Shown: piece by piece, positions 27,847 through 38,893 of the stretch
How positions within the stretch are numbered: the first letter of the stretch is position 1
Layout: every line of letters begins with the position of its first letter
Source: Longimicrobiales bacterium
Lineage (GTDB): Bacteria; Gemmatimonadota; Gemmatimonadetes; Longimicrobiales; Gaopeijiaceae
Reading direction: 5' to 3'
Assembly (NCBI GenBank): GCA_965198065.1
Contig: CBDAON010000004.1
Location: 2,336,001 to 2,400,000 of the forward strand
Length of the DNA stretch: 64,000 nucleotides
Notes under the pieces: generated by a model
Told to the model about the DNA's origin: nothing
The model's input: the letters and a program-made list of their open reading frames with translations, nothing else
Database searches by the model: none
Position numbers and translations under genes: made by a program

Positions 27847-29889
27847 ATGCTCACCGACGTTTGCCGTTCTCTCGCTCGCGCTCGTTTCCGGGGGGCGGGC
27901 CTGACCCCAATGTTCGTCCTGCTCGCGGCGCTAACCCTGCCGGCCGCAGCGCAGCAGCCCGGTAACCCGTACGGGGAGTGGCGCTACTGGGGTGGCGATC
28001 TGTCCAGCACCCGGTTCTCCCCGGTGGACCAGATCAACGCCTCCAACTTCCAGAACCTCGAGGTTGCGTGGGTCTGGCGGGGTGACAATTACGGCCCCGG
28101 CCCCGACTTCGTGATGCGGTCCACCCCGACTTACGCAGACGGGATCCTCTACACGGTCGCGGGTGTGCGCAGGACGGTCATTGCCCTCGATCCCGCGACC
28201 GGCGAGACCCTGTGGACCTTCCGGGAGCCGAACACCGTGCGGTGGGAGGAGTCCCCGCGTCGAAACTACGGCCGCGGCGTGGCCTATGCGGAGGTGGATG
28301 GGCGGGGCGTGATCTACGTCGTCACGCCCGCGTTCTTCCTCCATGCGCTCGACGCCAAGACCGGCCGTCCCCTGGAGGGGTTTGGTGGCCAGATCCCCGT
28401 CGAGGGATTCCCCGAGACGGGCACCGTGGACATGCTTGCCACCCTAGGGCATCCCTACGACGTGAACACCGGGATCGACCCCACGGTCGGGGCCATCACG
28501 ACCTCGTCGCCGCCCATCGTGGTGAACGGGGTGATCATCGTGGGGAACTCGGCCCACCAGGGGGGCGGATACACGAGGCAGGAGAACGTTCCCGGTGACG
28601 TCCAGGCCTTCGACGCCAGGACCGGTCGGCACCTCTGGACGTTCCACACGATCCCCAGGGAGGGCGAGTTCGGGAACGACACGTGGGAGAACGACGCCTG
28701 GCGGTGGAGCGGAAACGTGAACGTCTGGGCGCCCCTCTCGGCAGACCCGGAGCTCGGGCTCGTCTACCTCCCGACCGACGCCCCGACGAACGACTACTTC
28801 GGCGGCTTCCGGCCGGGCGCGAACCTCTTCGGGAACAGTCTCGTCGCGGTAGACATCCAGACCGGCGAGCGGCGGTGGCATTTCCAGATGATCCACCACG
28901 ACATCTGGGACTGGGACCTCCCAGTTCCGGGGATCCTGGTGGACCTGACCGTGGACGGACAGGAGATTCCGGCCATCGTCCAGGTGTCCAAGCAGGCGTT
29001 CGTCTACGCGTTCAACCGCGAGACGGGCGAGCCGATCTGGCCGATCGTCGAGCGGCCCGTGCCCCAGGGGAGCGTGCCGACCGAGTGGTACTCACCGACC
29101 CAGCCGTTCCCCACCCGGCCGGCTCCGTACGAGCTCCAGGGCCTCACGGTGGACGACCTGATCGACTTCACGCCCGAGCTCCGGGCGATGGCCATCGAGC
29201 AGATCGGCAACATCAAGATGGGCCCGATCTACACGCCGTTCGTCCATCAGGGGAACGCGGAGGGGGTCCGGGCCACGGCCCAGTGCCCCAGCTCCACGGG
29301 GGGCACGAACATCCCCGGGGGACCGGTCATGGATCCCGAGACGGGGATTCTGTACGTCCAGTCCAGGAAGGCGTGCGGGGCCGGCGCGCTCAGTCCGGCT
29401 TCGAGTCGGGACGATGGGAGCCCGGGTGCGAACAGGGGCGTGACCGTGGTGGAGTTTTCGTCCGGACGTGGAGGCGGGTTCGGATCTCTCGACGGATTGT
29501 CGATCCTGAAGCCCCCTTACGGTCGGATCACCGCGATCGACATGAACACCGGGGAGCACCTCTGGTGGATCCCGAACGGCGACACGCCGGACGAGGTCGC
29601 GAACCATCCGCTCCTCGAGGGCATCGAGATCCCCAACACGGGATATCAGGGGAACGCGACCGTCCTCGTGACGCGTAGCCTCCTGATGTTCGCGGAAGGC
29701 CGGGGGGGACGCACCCTCTGGTACGCGGCGGACAAGCAGACGGGTGAGCGGATCGGGGCCGTGGAGATTCCAGCGCCGGTCAGCACCGCGCCGATGACGT
29801 ACCTGCACGACGGAGTGCAGTACGTCGTGGTCTCGATTGCGGGGAACGGGATTCCGGGCTCGGTCGCGGCCCTGCGGCTACCCGATTAG
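27847..29889 (+). CDS. PQQ-dependent dehydrogenase (quinoprotein glucose dehydrogenase-like beta-propeller)
   Basis: EWRYWGGD...RFSPVDQIN, ALDPATGETLW, WHFQMIHHDIWDWD, APMTYLHDGVQYVV; signal peptide. Confidence 0.9.
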   Translation: MLTDVCRSLARARFRGAGLTPMFVLLAALTLPAAAQQPGNPYGEWRYWGGDLSSTRFSPVDQINASNFQNLEVAWVWRGDNYGPGPDFVMRSTPTYADGILYTVAGVRRTVIALDPATGETLWTFREPNTVRWEESPRRNYGRGVAYAEVDGRGVIYVVTPAFFLHALDAKTGRPLEGFGGQIPVEGFPETGTVDMLATLGHPYDVNTGIDPTVGAITTSSPPIVVNGVIIVGNSAHQGGGYTRQENVPGDVQAFDARTGRHLWTFHTIPREGEFGNDTWENDAWRWSGNVNVWAPLSADPELGLVYLPTDAPTNDYFGGFRPGANLFGNSLVAVDIQTGERRWHFQMIHHDIWDWDLPVPGILVDLTVDGQEIPAIVQVSKQAFVYAFNRETGEPIWPIVERPVPQGSVPTEWYSPTQPFPTRPAPYELQGLTVDDLIDFTPELRAMAIEQIGNIKMGPIYTPFVHQGNAEGVRATAQCPSSTGGTNIPGGPVMDPETGILYVQSRKACGAGALSPASSRDDGSPGANRGVTVVEFSSGRGGGFGSLDGLSILKPPYGRITAIDMNTGEHLWWIPNGDTPDEVANHPLLEGIEIPNTGYQGNATVLVTRSLLMFAEGRGGRTLWYAADKQTGERIGAVEIPAPVSTAPMTYLHDGVQYVVVSIAGNGIPGSVAALRLPD

Positions 29890-29967
29890 GCGAGGGAAGC
29901 GGATCAGGCGCGACGGAGCTCGCCCTCGATCGAGCGACGTGGGGGTCCGCCGGCGGACAGGAACTCC

Positions 29968-30019
29968 AAACAGACCTCGGCCGGCCCGCGAGGCTCCGCG
30001 AGCCGGCCGAGGTCTGTTT
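29968..30019. terminator. Probable bidirectional intrinsic terminator between convergent genes
   Basis: aaacagacctcggccggc ... gccggccgaggtctgttt inverted repeat. Confidence 0.75.
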
Positions 30020-30044
30020 CGTTCCCTAGGGTTCAGCCGCCGAT

Positions 30045-31184
30045 TCAACGCTGCGGCATGGACCTGATGAACGCGCCCCCTCCGGAGACGACCGCCCCGT
30101 AGACGTTACCGGCCGCGTCCACGGCCACGCCTTCGGGGTTCGAGTCGTTCGGATAGGCTTCGACCCTGCCGGCGATCCGGTACTGCACGATACCGTCCCT
30201 CAGGCTCCCAACGCGGATTCCGTTGGCCCACCCGGGGTTGTTCCCGCCCTCGAAGTCCGACTCCGAGTCCGCCACGTAGAGCATGTCGTTGTCGTCCACG
30301 TAGATGCCGCTGGGGCGACCGAACTGGCGAAGCTCCGCGATGTACGTCCCGTCCCGCTGGAGGATCTGGATTCGGTTGTTCCCGCGGTCCCCGACGATCA
30401 GGCGTCCCTGCGAGTCGATGTCGATGGCGTGGGGCGTACGGAACTCACCGGGCGCGGCACCCAGCCGACCGATGGTGCGGAGGTACCGGCCGTTTGGGTC
30501 GAAGACCGCGATTCGGGCGACGGTCGACGCCGGCGTCCCGAAGTTCTGACCGCCGTGACCGTCGGCGACGTATATGATCCCGTCCTCGTCCGTCACCACG
30601 TCGTTCGGCGTGTTCAGCCGTCCGCCCGTTCCGTTTCCGGCGACACCGGGCGTCCCCACCGTGAGCAGCAGCTGCCCCTCGGGGCTGAACTTGTAGACCG
30701 CGTGCCCCTTCCCGTCCCTATCGGGGTTGGGGTTGGCCGCGTCCGGCCCCTGCGCGTCGGTTACCCAGACGTTCCCGTCGTCATCGACGTAGAGGCCATG
30801 GGGAAAGAGGGTATACCCGCCACCCAACATCGCGACGACGTCCCCCTCGGCATTGATCTTGAGAATGGGGTCGAGATCCGTTCCCGCGCAGGAGTTGGCG
30901 CCGCACCGGTCGATCGCCCAGATGTGGATCCCGTCGGGGTCCACGTGCGCGCCCGCGGTGGATCCCCAGGTGCGACCGTCAGGCAGCTGAACCCAGTTGT
31001 CAGCGCTCGCGTAGGGGTTGGGCAGGTCGTTCATGGGCGGAATGTTGGGCATCCGCTCCATAACCTGGGGGGCGTCCCCCGGCATGTACGCCGGTGCCAC
31101 CTGAGCCGTCGCCGCCCCAGGCAGCGACGCGAGCGCGACCAGCGCCGCCGTGAGAGTCGTGATCCTTCTTGTCAGTGGAGCCAT
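30045..31184 (-). CDS. Secreted NHL-repeat beta-propeller (PAL-like family)
   Basis: Signal peptide; FPHGLYVD, PNDVV...YVADGHG, PHAIDIDSQGRLIVGDRGNNRIQ repeats; RBS ggagg. Confidence 0.88.
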   Translation of the reverse strand: MAPLTRRITTLTAALVALASLPGAATAQVAPAYMPGDAPQVMERMPNIPPMNDLPNPYASADNWVQLPDGRTWGSTAGAHVDPDGIHIWAIDRCGANSCAGTDLDPILKINAEGDVVAMLGGGYTLFPHGLYVDDDGNVWVTDAQGPDAANPNPDRDGKGHAVYKFSPEGQLLLTVGTPGVAGNGTGGRLNTPNDVVTDEDGIIYVADGHGGQNFGTPASTVARIAVFDPNGRYLRTIGRLGAAPGEFRTPHAIDIDSQGRLIVGDRGNNRIQILQRDGTYIAELRQFGRPSGIYVDDNDMLYVADSESDFEGGNNPGWANGIRVGSLRDGIVQYRIAGRVEAYPNDSNPEGVAVDAAGNVYGAVVSGGGAFIRSMPQR

Positions 31185-31339
31185 AGCACACCTCCATTTC
31201 GTCACTTTCGATAACGCGACCCAAACTTGGACATCATACTACCGGGGAGCGCCCCGGGCCATCACGGGGCGCGGAGGGCCGAGATGTGCTCGGCTGGCAG
31301 CGGAGGGCAGAGGACCGAAGCCCCGGGTAGATCTGACTG

Positions 31340-32467
31340 TCACCGGGAGACCCACGGGGGGTCGATGATCAGGGCGGGGTCCGCGTCCGACCTGGGGACG
31401 AACTTCTGCGTGCGACCGTACTGGTTGTCTCCGCCGTACAGGTTTCCGTCCGAGTCGACCGAAATCGTGTGCACCTCCCGGAATCCGTCGGGCAGCTCGC
31501 TCGGCACGAGCCAGGTGTAGAGGTGCCTCCCCTCGAAGTCCAGCTTCACGAACCGGAGGGGTCCCAGGGTCGTGATCCAGAGGCTTTCCTCGTTTACGAT
31601 GATGTCCAGCGTCAGGCCGAACCCCGCCCATGTATCGACGTGCTCGACCCTCGCCGGATCGTCGGTGGTTCGGAAGACGTTGACCCGGCCCCCAGAGCGA
31701 TCCAGCGCGAAAATGAGCCCGTCGGGCCCGATCCCGATGGCGTGAATGCCGTTGAACTGGCCAGGTGCCTCACCGCGCCCCCCGAACTCTCCGAGATAAC
31801 GGCCGTCGGGGTCCAGAATCACGACCCGATGGTTGTCCAAGCCGTCCGCCACGAGGATCCTACCGTCGGGCAGGAAGGCCACGTCCTGGGGGCGGCCGAA
31901 ATGGGTTCCGTCGTCTCCTCGGACGTTCTTCTCTCCCAGGGTCATCAGGAGCTCACGCCCGTCGTTCGAGAAGACGTAGATCTGATGGAAGGTCTCGTTC
32001 ACCACCCACACCCGCCTCTCGGGGTCGTACGGGCTGATCCGGATCCGGTGGGGTCCCGGCCCATCCGATCCCTCGCAGAGATGGTCCCACTGGTTCCACC
32101 TCTCGACGACGGTTCCGTTCGAATCGATGGTGTAGATGCAGTTCTGCCAGACACGGCGCTCGGTGTCAGAGAGCACGTTGATGCCGATCGAGCCGGCGTG
32201 CTGCGTGAAGGCCGCCGGGACGGGCGAGGGGAGTTGGGTCTCCCCCCGCTGGAGGATGAAGATCCGGTCCGGGGATTCCGCGAAGATGCCCGAATTCCCC
32301 CCGAACGCGTATCCCTCGCCGGCAAACGGGTCGTGCCAGCCCGAGACGATGTCGTAGGGGCTGGGCCCGACGGGACCGGTGATCACTGCCTGCGGGGCGG
32401 CCGCAGCCGGCCGAGCTCCGAGCAGGCTGAGCACAGCAATTGAGGCCACTACAGTCCGGGTGACCAT
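31340..32467 (-). CDS. Secreted NHL-repeat beta-propeller protein
   Basis: Signal peptide; GPHRIRISPYDPERRVWV, HFGRPQDVAFLPDGRILVADGLDNHRVV, GQFNGIH. Confidence 0.85.
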   Translation of the reverse strand: MVTRTVVASIAVLSLLGARPAAAAPQAVITGPVGPSPYDIVSGWHDPFAGEGYAFGGNSGIFAESPDRIFILQRGETQLPSPVPAAFTQHAGSIGINVLSDTERRVWQNCIYTIDSNGTVVERWNQWDHLCEGSDGPGPHRIRISPYDPERRVWVVNETFHQIYVFSNDGRELLMTLGEKNVRGDDGTHFGRPQDVAFLPDGRILVADGLDNHRVVILDPDGRYLGEFGGRGEAPGQFNGIHAIGIGPDGLIFALDRSGGRVNVFRTTDDPARVEHVDTWAGFGLTLDIIVNEESLWITTLGPLRFVKLDFEGRHLYTWLVPSELPDGFREVHTISVDSDGNLYGGDNQYGRTQKFVPRSDADPALIIDPPWVSR

Positions 32468-32516
32468 GGTCGTCCTCTCCCCTTCCAGCGTCCCGGCCGC
32501 TTCCCGAGCGGAGTGC

Positions 32517-35324
32517 TCAGGGATTCAGCCAGTAGTTGACCTTAACCATGAAGATGTTATCGGGGGCCACGGTGAACATGTCCCCGGCGTCACGGCTGAA
32601 ATCGAAGCTCCCCACCCAGGGACGATCGCCCAGGATTCCCTGGCCGACCACCTCGTTGACCCGGCTCTGCTGCCAGACCAGGAACAGCGTGGAGCCCGGC
32701 CTCCACTCCCACCGGAGGACCGCGTTCCCGAGGAGGCTGCGGTAGTTGAAGTCCCGGTTCGAGACCGAGAACGCTTCGGCGGGCCCCGTTGCATCGGGAT
32801 CCACATCGTAGCCGCCCTGCTCGTTCGATGTGACGGTCCCGACATCCTCGCCGTAGTCGAGGAAGTCGAACGTTCTAGGTGCCCGGAACTCCCTGAGCCC
32901 ACCGTAATCTCCCGTCGAGATGAAGGGCTCGAGATACAGTTGGAGCGAGAGCGTGGGCGAGAAGGTCAGGTCCACCCGTGTCTCCAGGGACAGCGTCGCT
33001 CGATCGATCTCGGCGAACACATACCGCGATCCGTAGGTCGCCTCGGCCAGCGGGTCGCTCACGCGAGCGATGTACTGAGCCGTGGAGTACGACCACGAGT
33101 AGGAGGGGGCCACGCTCACCCGGAGAGTCTCCTGGAACCGGCCGCCCAGATTGATCTGAGCCCGGCGATTCCACCCCCCCAGGTCATCGGATCCCCACTG
33201 GTACGACGCTCTCCCGGTCACGGCCCGTCGGCTGTCCGAGTTCAGGTTGACGTTTTGGGAGAACCGGCTCGGCGACCGCGCGTCCGGTCCGCCCCTCGTC
33301 AGCCGATCGTCAGAGGTCCAGGGCTCGATCTGGATCCGGGTGGACGCGGTCCAGTAGTTCAGGAACTCCAGTGCCAGCTGAACGTTGACGTTGGCGAAGA
33401 CCTGGTCGCCATCGAAGTTCCACACGGCGTCCGGACCGCCGAAGAATCGCCAGGAGCGGAGCACCCTCCCCGGTTCGACCTGGTTGTACTGGTAGTGGGT
33501 GTCGAGCAGAATCCGGTCGCTTGCGGTATGGAAGCCCAGGTCGTTGACCTCGTATCCCGGGCTCACGGCGGCCACGCCCGTCCGCATGGTAAACGTGCCC
33601 GCCTGCTTCCCGACGTACCCCATCACGTAGTACCCCGTAAGCGACGTCCTCGTCGGATCCACGTCCAGGTAGCCGGCGTCGGGACGCTGGTAGTAGCGGG
33701 TGGAGGATTTCTGCGTGCGCTCGATGGCGCTCGCATCCCCGCTGACATAGCTGCCCGAGATCAGGCTGCTGAAGAGCCAGATGCGGTCCGAGGTCTCGTG
33801 GGCGAAATCGATGCCGCCAGCGTACGCGGACGAATGGAGCCGGTCTGCCAGCGGGGTACCCGACACGTCCCGATTCACCGCCGACGTGAGCATGCCGAAA
33901 CGGGTCTGCCCACCCCGAATCTGGCGACGCACCCGAGTGACGAAGTAGTTGGCGACCGGCTCGACGGTCAGCTTGCCCTCGGCCCCTTGGCCATCCACGT
34001 ACGGGGCCCGCTCGCGAGCCGTGACGGCCTCGAGGATTCCGAGCGACCAACCGTCGCCCACCCGTCCGGTGATCTTCGCCGCGCCCGCGATCGTCGTGGC
34101 GTTCGGCATGTCCGAAAACTCCGCCTCGGACGGAACCGAGCCCGACGGCCGCTTCCCGATACGACGGGAATACACGAGAGCGGGCCCTTGGCCGACGCTT
34201 CCCGTGGGTCCGCCTTCTCCGAAGCGAAAGATGTCGGCCCCCTCGACGAAGAACGGCCGGCGCTCGCTGTAGCGAGTCTCGAAAGCGGTGAGGTTGATCA
34301 CGGAAGGATCCACCTCGACCTGCCCGAAGTCCGGGTTTACCGTGGCGTCGAGGGTGACGTTGGAGGTGATCCGGTACTTCAAGTCCAACCCGACGCTTCC
34401 GAAGTGATCGGAGCCCGACCGGTACGGGTTCTCGAAGGGCACTCCGGACGGCGATTCCAGCTGCAGGTACTCCCCCCGCGCAACGGCGTAGGGGAGCAGC
34501 TCGAGCCGCTGGCCCGGCTGGATGCCCTCGATCCCCTCTAGATGGGCGAAGCGGGACACACCGGCCCGCTCGAGAAGCGGCGTGAACGGAAAGGTGGCGT
34601 TCTCCTGGTTTCGGTTGATGTTCCGCTCCACCTGAATGCCCCAGACCTGCTGTTCGGCCCGCGCGAAGCGCAGCTGGCTGAACGGAATCCGCATCTCCAC
34701 GGTCCAACCCGACGCCGTCTGATCGGTCGCCACGTCCCACACCGGATCCCACGATGAGTCGCCTCCCCCCGCGCTGTTACCAGTCATGATCGCGTCGCCC
34801 GTGACGCCGGACGGGTTCGTCCAGAACCGGTACGCGGTCTCGTGATCGTGATAGCTGTCGATCAGCACGGTGAAGGAATCAGAGTCCCCGAGCCCGGCAT
34901 CCCTTCGCGCGAGACGGGTCGTTAGGGGACTCCGATCGTCGAGGGTGGCGGCCACGTAAATCGCGTCGTCGTCGTAGGCAATCCGCACCTCCGTGCGCTC
35001 CGAGGCGGGCTGGCCCTCCAGCGGCAGCGTCTGGATGAACTCCGTGATGGGAGTCGCGTCGGACCACGACGACTCGTCGAGCACGCCATCGACCGAGATC
35101 GGAGCCGCGAGGCGCACCGCACGCGCGCTGGGGGCGAGGGCGTGCTCGTACTCGGCGTTCGGATCCACTGCCGCCGTGCGCGCCCGGTCCTCCACTGGAA
35201 CCTGGGCCGCGAGGGCGGAAGGGGAGAGCGAGGCCAGCAGGCACCCGACCGCCAGGGGGAGGAGACTCGAGCGCGCCGGAGGTAGCTGGGAGTCCATAGA
35301 AAGGGTCCGCTGGGTGAGTGTCAT
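32517..35324 (-). CDS. DUF5916-domain protein with CBM9-like N-terminal domain
   Basis: VDGVLDESSW, WTVEMRIPFSQLRF, LDATVNPDFGQVEVD, ERRPFFVEG, YSRRIG, MVKVNYW. Confidence 0.88.
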   Translation of the reverse strand: MTLTQRTLSMDSQLPPARSSLLPLAVGCLLASLSPSALAAQVPVEDRARTAAVDPNAEYEHALAPSARAVRLAAPISVDGVLDESSWSDATPITEFIQTLPLEGQPASERTEVRIAYDDDAIYVAATLDDRSPLTTRLARRDAGLGDSDSFTVLIDSYHDHETAYRFWTNPSGVTGDAIMTGNSAGGGDSSWDPVWDVATDQTASGWTVEMRIPFSQLRFARAEQQVWGIQVERNINRNQENATFPFTPLLERAGVSRFAHLEGIEGIQPGQRLELLPYAVARGEYLQLESPSGVPFENPYRSGSDHFGSVGLDLKYRITSNVTLDATVNPDFGQVEVDPSVINLTAFETRYSERRPFFVEGADIFRFGEGGPTGSVGQGPALVYSRRIGKRPSGSVPSEAEFSDMPNATTIAGAAKITGRVGDGWSLGILEAVTARERAPYVDGQGAEGKLTVEPVANYFVTRVRRQIRGGQTRFGMLTSAVNRDVSGTPLADRLHSSAYAGGIDFAHETSDRIWLFSSLISGSYVSGDASAIERTQKSSTRYYQRPDAGYLDVDPTRTSLTGYYVMGYVGKQAGTFTMRTGVAAVSPGYEVNDLGFHTASDRILLDTHYQYNQVEPGRVLRSWRFFGGPDAVWNFDGDQVFANVNVQLALEFLNYWTASTRIQIEPWTSDDRLTRGGPDARSPSRFSQNVNLNSDSRRAVTGRASYQWGSDDLGGWNRRAQINLGGRFQETLRVSVAPSYSWSYSTAQYIARVSDPLAEATYGSRYVFAEIDRATLSLETRVDLTFSPTLSLQLYLEPFISTGDYGGLREFRAPRTFDFLDYGEDVGTVTSNEQGGYDVDPDATGPAEAFSVSNRDFNYRSLLGNAVLRWEWRPGSTLFLVWQQSRVNEVVGQGILGDRPWVGSFDFSRDAGDMFTVAPDNIFMVKVNYWLNP

Positions 35325-35401
35325 CCGAACGATGCGGTAAGCTCACGAGATCCCCCCGCCGCGGCAAGCCGGAGCTTCCGTGACCGCCGAGCGGAGACTC
35401 G

Positions 35402-35494
35402 AGTGCCGCCGAGGGCGTGGCCGCCGACCGGGACGGAGTCATCTACGGTGCGGAGGTGGGTCCGAGGCGGGTGGTCCGCTACACCAGGCCGTAG
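35402..35494 (+). pseudogene. C-terminal remnant of an NHL/PAL-like gene
   Basis: Translates SAAEGVAADRDGVIYGAEVGPRRVVRYTRP*, resembling the end of 30045-31184 (PEGVAVDAAGNVYGAVV). Confidence 0.6.
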
Positions 35495-35593
35495 CGGCCC
35501 GGGCCGACGAGGGGGACAGCGCCCGAGCCGGGAGCAATTCCCGGAGAGCCGCCGCCCCCTGGCGTCCCTTGGGTGACGAAAGCGCGGGCGCCC

Positions 35594-37856
35594 TCAGTCC
35601 GCTCCCATCTCAGCGAAGCCGGAAAGGTCAAACTGACGGGTGAACTTGATCGCGACGGTGCGCTCGGGGGTCTCGAGCGCGCGCCGCGGCCAGAGCCCCG
35701 ACACGCCGGTTATGTCCATGTTCTGCCGTTCGTTGTACACGATGAACAGGCCGGTCCCCGCCGTGTCGAGCCAGCCGAAGCGGACGTTTCCGGACCAGAG
35801 CCCGGTTTGGTCACTTACTGAACCACTCCCTCGATGAACACACCCGGGCTGAACGTGTACTGCGCGTTCACGCGCGTAAGCGTCGTGTTGTAGTCGCCTT
35901 CGGGCAGGCTGATTCGATTGTGTGAGACGTTCACACCGCCCGTGAGCGTGGCCCCCCGCCGGATCGAGACGCCCAAGTTTCCGCCGGACGGTTGCCGCTC
36001 AGGTACGTTCCCACGTCGTAGCGGCCGTTCAGGGAAACCGGTGCGGACGGGTTCGTCCGGAAGGTGGCGTATGAGGTCCAGCCACGGTAGGTCCCCGCGG
36101 GGACCTCGATGCCGGTGCCTCGAATGCGGAACGGCTCCGTGAGGCCCTCGTGCACCCAGTTGATCGCGGGGTGGAACGTGCTCCCGTTCTCGAACGTGAG
36201 ATATAGGTGCTCGTGGAAGAAATCCAACTCCTTGAAGCCGTCTGTGTTGTATGCCCAGTTGCGACGAGATTGGAATCGAACCTCCATCATCCAGGGCGCC
36301 GCCGGTCGGAAGGTGCGTTCCACCTGTAGGGCGGTCTCCCGAAAGCCCGGGTAGGAAACGAAGCCCAGGTCGGGATTGAAGTTCTCGCCGACCTGGTCGT
36401 AATAGGCGCGGAGGTACCAGTCCCTGTTCCGGAACTCTCCGACGAAGCTCAAGATCTCACGCCCGGTATCGACTTCCGGCGTGTCCGAGAGCCCCGCGAG
36501 CGCGCTGAACGTCCAGATGTCTCCGATGCCCAGGCGCCCGTCGAAGGCGTACGTTGGGCCGTAATCGCCCGACCCGCCGCGGGAGTCGCGGGACGTGTAG
36601 ATGGCCCCCAGCTGCGAGCGGTTCGGCAGCTCACGGGCGATCCGCGCGACGCTCCACCCGGCCGGGTCCTGCACTCCGGGTAGGCCACCGGTCCTCATAT
36701 GAAGGAGGCCGACATCCATGCCCTGGACTCGGCCGGACAGGCGCCCGCCCCAGTCGATCGGCACCTGCTGCCCGGAGGCCACGCCGATGCGCCGGCTGTG
36801 AAACAGCCGGGTCCGGGCGCCCGTGCACCCCGGGGAGGACTGGATCCCCACGGAGAAGAGCCCCGCGTTCTCCAGAAAGAACAGGCGCTTCTCGGGGAAG
36901 AAGAGGCTGTAGCGGGACAGGTCCACCTGCTGGTCGTCGACCTCGACCTGCGCGAAGTCGGTGTTCACCGTGAGGTCGAGGGCGAGGCTCGGCGTGATTC
37001 CGATCTTCGCGTCGGCACCGTACTCGAACGGATAGTTCACGTCGGGATCCAACGCCGGGTCCCCCGAAGGGAGGCGTTGGGCCGCGCTCATCAGGTAGGG
37101 GGTCAGGGTCGTCTGCCTGCGCGGGGGCGGCTGGAGGCTCGCGAGAACCCCGGCTTCCGTCAGCCGGTAGAAGCCGAACTGGCGCGGCACGGGGGACCAG
37201 ACTACCTGCTCATTCTTTCGCCCGATGTACCTCGTGAGGTTCAGCCCCCACGTCTGCTCGACCCCCGCGCCGTAGCGGAGCGTCGAGAACGGAATGCGGA
37301 TCTCCGCGTACCAACCGTCGCCGTCCTGGGAAGCCGCCACGGTCCAGCTTCCGTCCCAGTTCGTGTCGGCGCCTCGCTCGCCCCTTACCTGCCCGTCGTA
37401 CTCGATGCCACCGGGGTTCGTCCCGAACACGAAGCCATTCTGCTGGTCGTGGTAGGTGTCCAGCACGAGGAGGATCGCGTCTACATCCGTCATGTTGGCG
37501 TCGCGCCGCCGCTCGCCGGGAATGATCCGATTCGGTTCGCGGTCGTACATCCAGGCGCCGACGTAGAGCGCTTCGTCGTCGAACAGAATCTTCACCTCGG
37601 TTGCTTCGGTTGCCGGCGCACCCTCCACGGGCTCGTGCTGGACGAAGCCCGACAGCGGCTGGCCCATGTCCCATACGGCCTCGTCGAGTCGTCCGTCGAT
37701 GGTGGGCCCCACCTCCGCACGGGTCGCGGCGCCTGATCGGACGGCAGCCGGACCGATCGACTGCGCCTCCGCCCGGGCGGCTCCCAGGGCCGGCGCCAGG
37801 AGGAGAAGGAGGATCAACGCGAAACGCGCGGTCGGTCCGGTCAAGGGGGTACCCAT
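35594..37856 (-). CDS. Second DUF5916/CBM9-like protein, frameshifted near 35985 and 35820
   Basis: IDGRLDEAVW, EIRIPFSTLRY, DLTVNTDFAQVEVD, FFPEKRLFFLEN; C-terminus VAIKFTRQFDL in another frame. Confidence 0.82.
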
Positions 37857-38011
37857 CGTGATCGCCCCGCGAATGTCGTCCAGGTTGTGCGTCCCGCGTG
37901 TCGCACGGCGGTGGGCCGCGCTCACGAGGGTGCCCGCACGTCGCCGTCCAGCGCTGGAAGAAAGGGGCGGCTCTCTGAGTGGCGGCCGGGCGCCGGGCCG
38001 GTGGGCGGGAA

Positions 38012-38893
38012 TCACCGGGTTCCCAGGATGATCACGACGGCGCCGAGCCCGAGGGCGACCACGATCCTCCGCAGGCTTAGGGGGTTCGCGTCCATTTCGG
38101 CCGAGGGATCCCGGGTCCAGAACATGACGACGCCGCAGCTCGTGAGGGCGGCGTACTGTATGGGAAGCGACGACGCGTGGTGAACCTCAAGGGCCTCTAC
38201 GTCCCGCGTCGCGAGCAGGTCGTCGATCACCACGGGGTTGCCCAGAACCACACCGTCCATGACGACCCGGGGCACACACCCGCCTCTCAGCCGGACGGTC
38301 GCACCGATTCCCACTCCCCCCGAGGCGACCCGCGTGCCCGGAATCGTGCGGAACAGATCGGTTATCTGGTAGGGATTTCGGGCCTCGATCTCGTCCCGGC
38401 TCATAAAGTCGCCGGTGCCCATCCGGCGGCGCGCGTAGAAGCCCTGGGTCTCAAGCAGGTTGCGGCGCCTGGCCGTAGCCACTACCGGCTCCAGCTCGAA
38501 GAAATCGACCGGAACCATCTGGGCTCGCATGTCGACGGTGGCGCCCTCGCTTATGACGACATCGGAGGAGAGGGGCGCATAGAGGACCGCCTCGAAGTCG
38601 ATCCGGTACCGCCCTGCCGGGATGTCCGCGGCGCGGAAGCGACCTGCTTCGTTGGACACCCCCTCCCATATCGGCTCGTCCTCGGCGTCGGCCGGAACGA
38701 GCCTGACGGTGGCCCCCTCGATCGGCTCCTCCTCTTGCCGGTCCAGGACGATGCCGGTCAACCGGATAGGACCTTGCAGCTGCTGCGGGGGGGGTGCGTC
38801 CTGCGCTCGCGCCCCCGCCGGTACGAGCACCAGCAGGGCGACGGCTGCCCCAGCCAACCGCCCTAGAAGCCTCGAGACGCGCGTATCTCGCAT
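38012..38893 (-). CDS. Secreted protein with carboxypeptidase-regulatory-like and TonB-plug-like domains, C-terminal TM
   Basis: GIVLDR...PIEGATV...SNEAGRF, GFYARRRMGTGDFMSRDEIE, DVEALEV...CGVVMFWTR. Confidence 0.75.
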   Translation of the reverse strand: MRDTRVSRLLGRLAGAAVALLVLVPAGARAQDAPPPQQLQGPIRLTGIVLDRQEEEPIEGATVRLVPADAEDEPIWEGVSNEAGRFRAADIPAGRYRIDFEAVLYAPLSSDVVISEGATVDMRAQMVPVDFFELEPVVATARRRNLLETQGFYARRRMGTGDFMSRDEIEARNPYQITDLFRTIPGTRVASGGVGIGATVRLRGGCVPRVVMDGVVLGNPVVIDDLLATRDVEALEVHHASSLPIQYAALTSCGVVMFWTRDPSAEMDANPLSLRRIVVALGLGAVVIILGTR

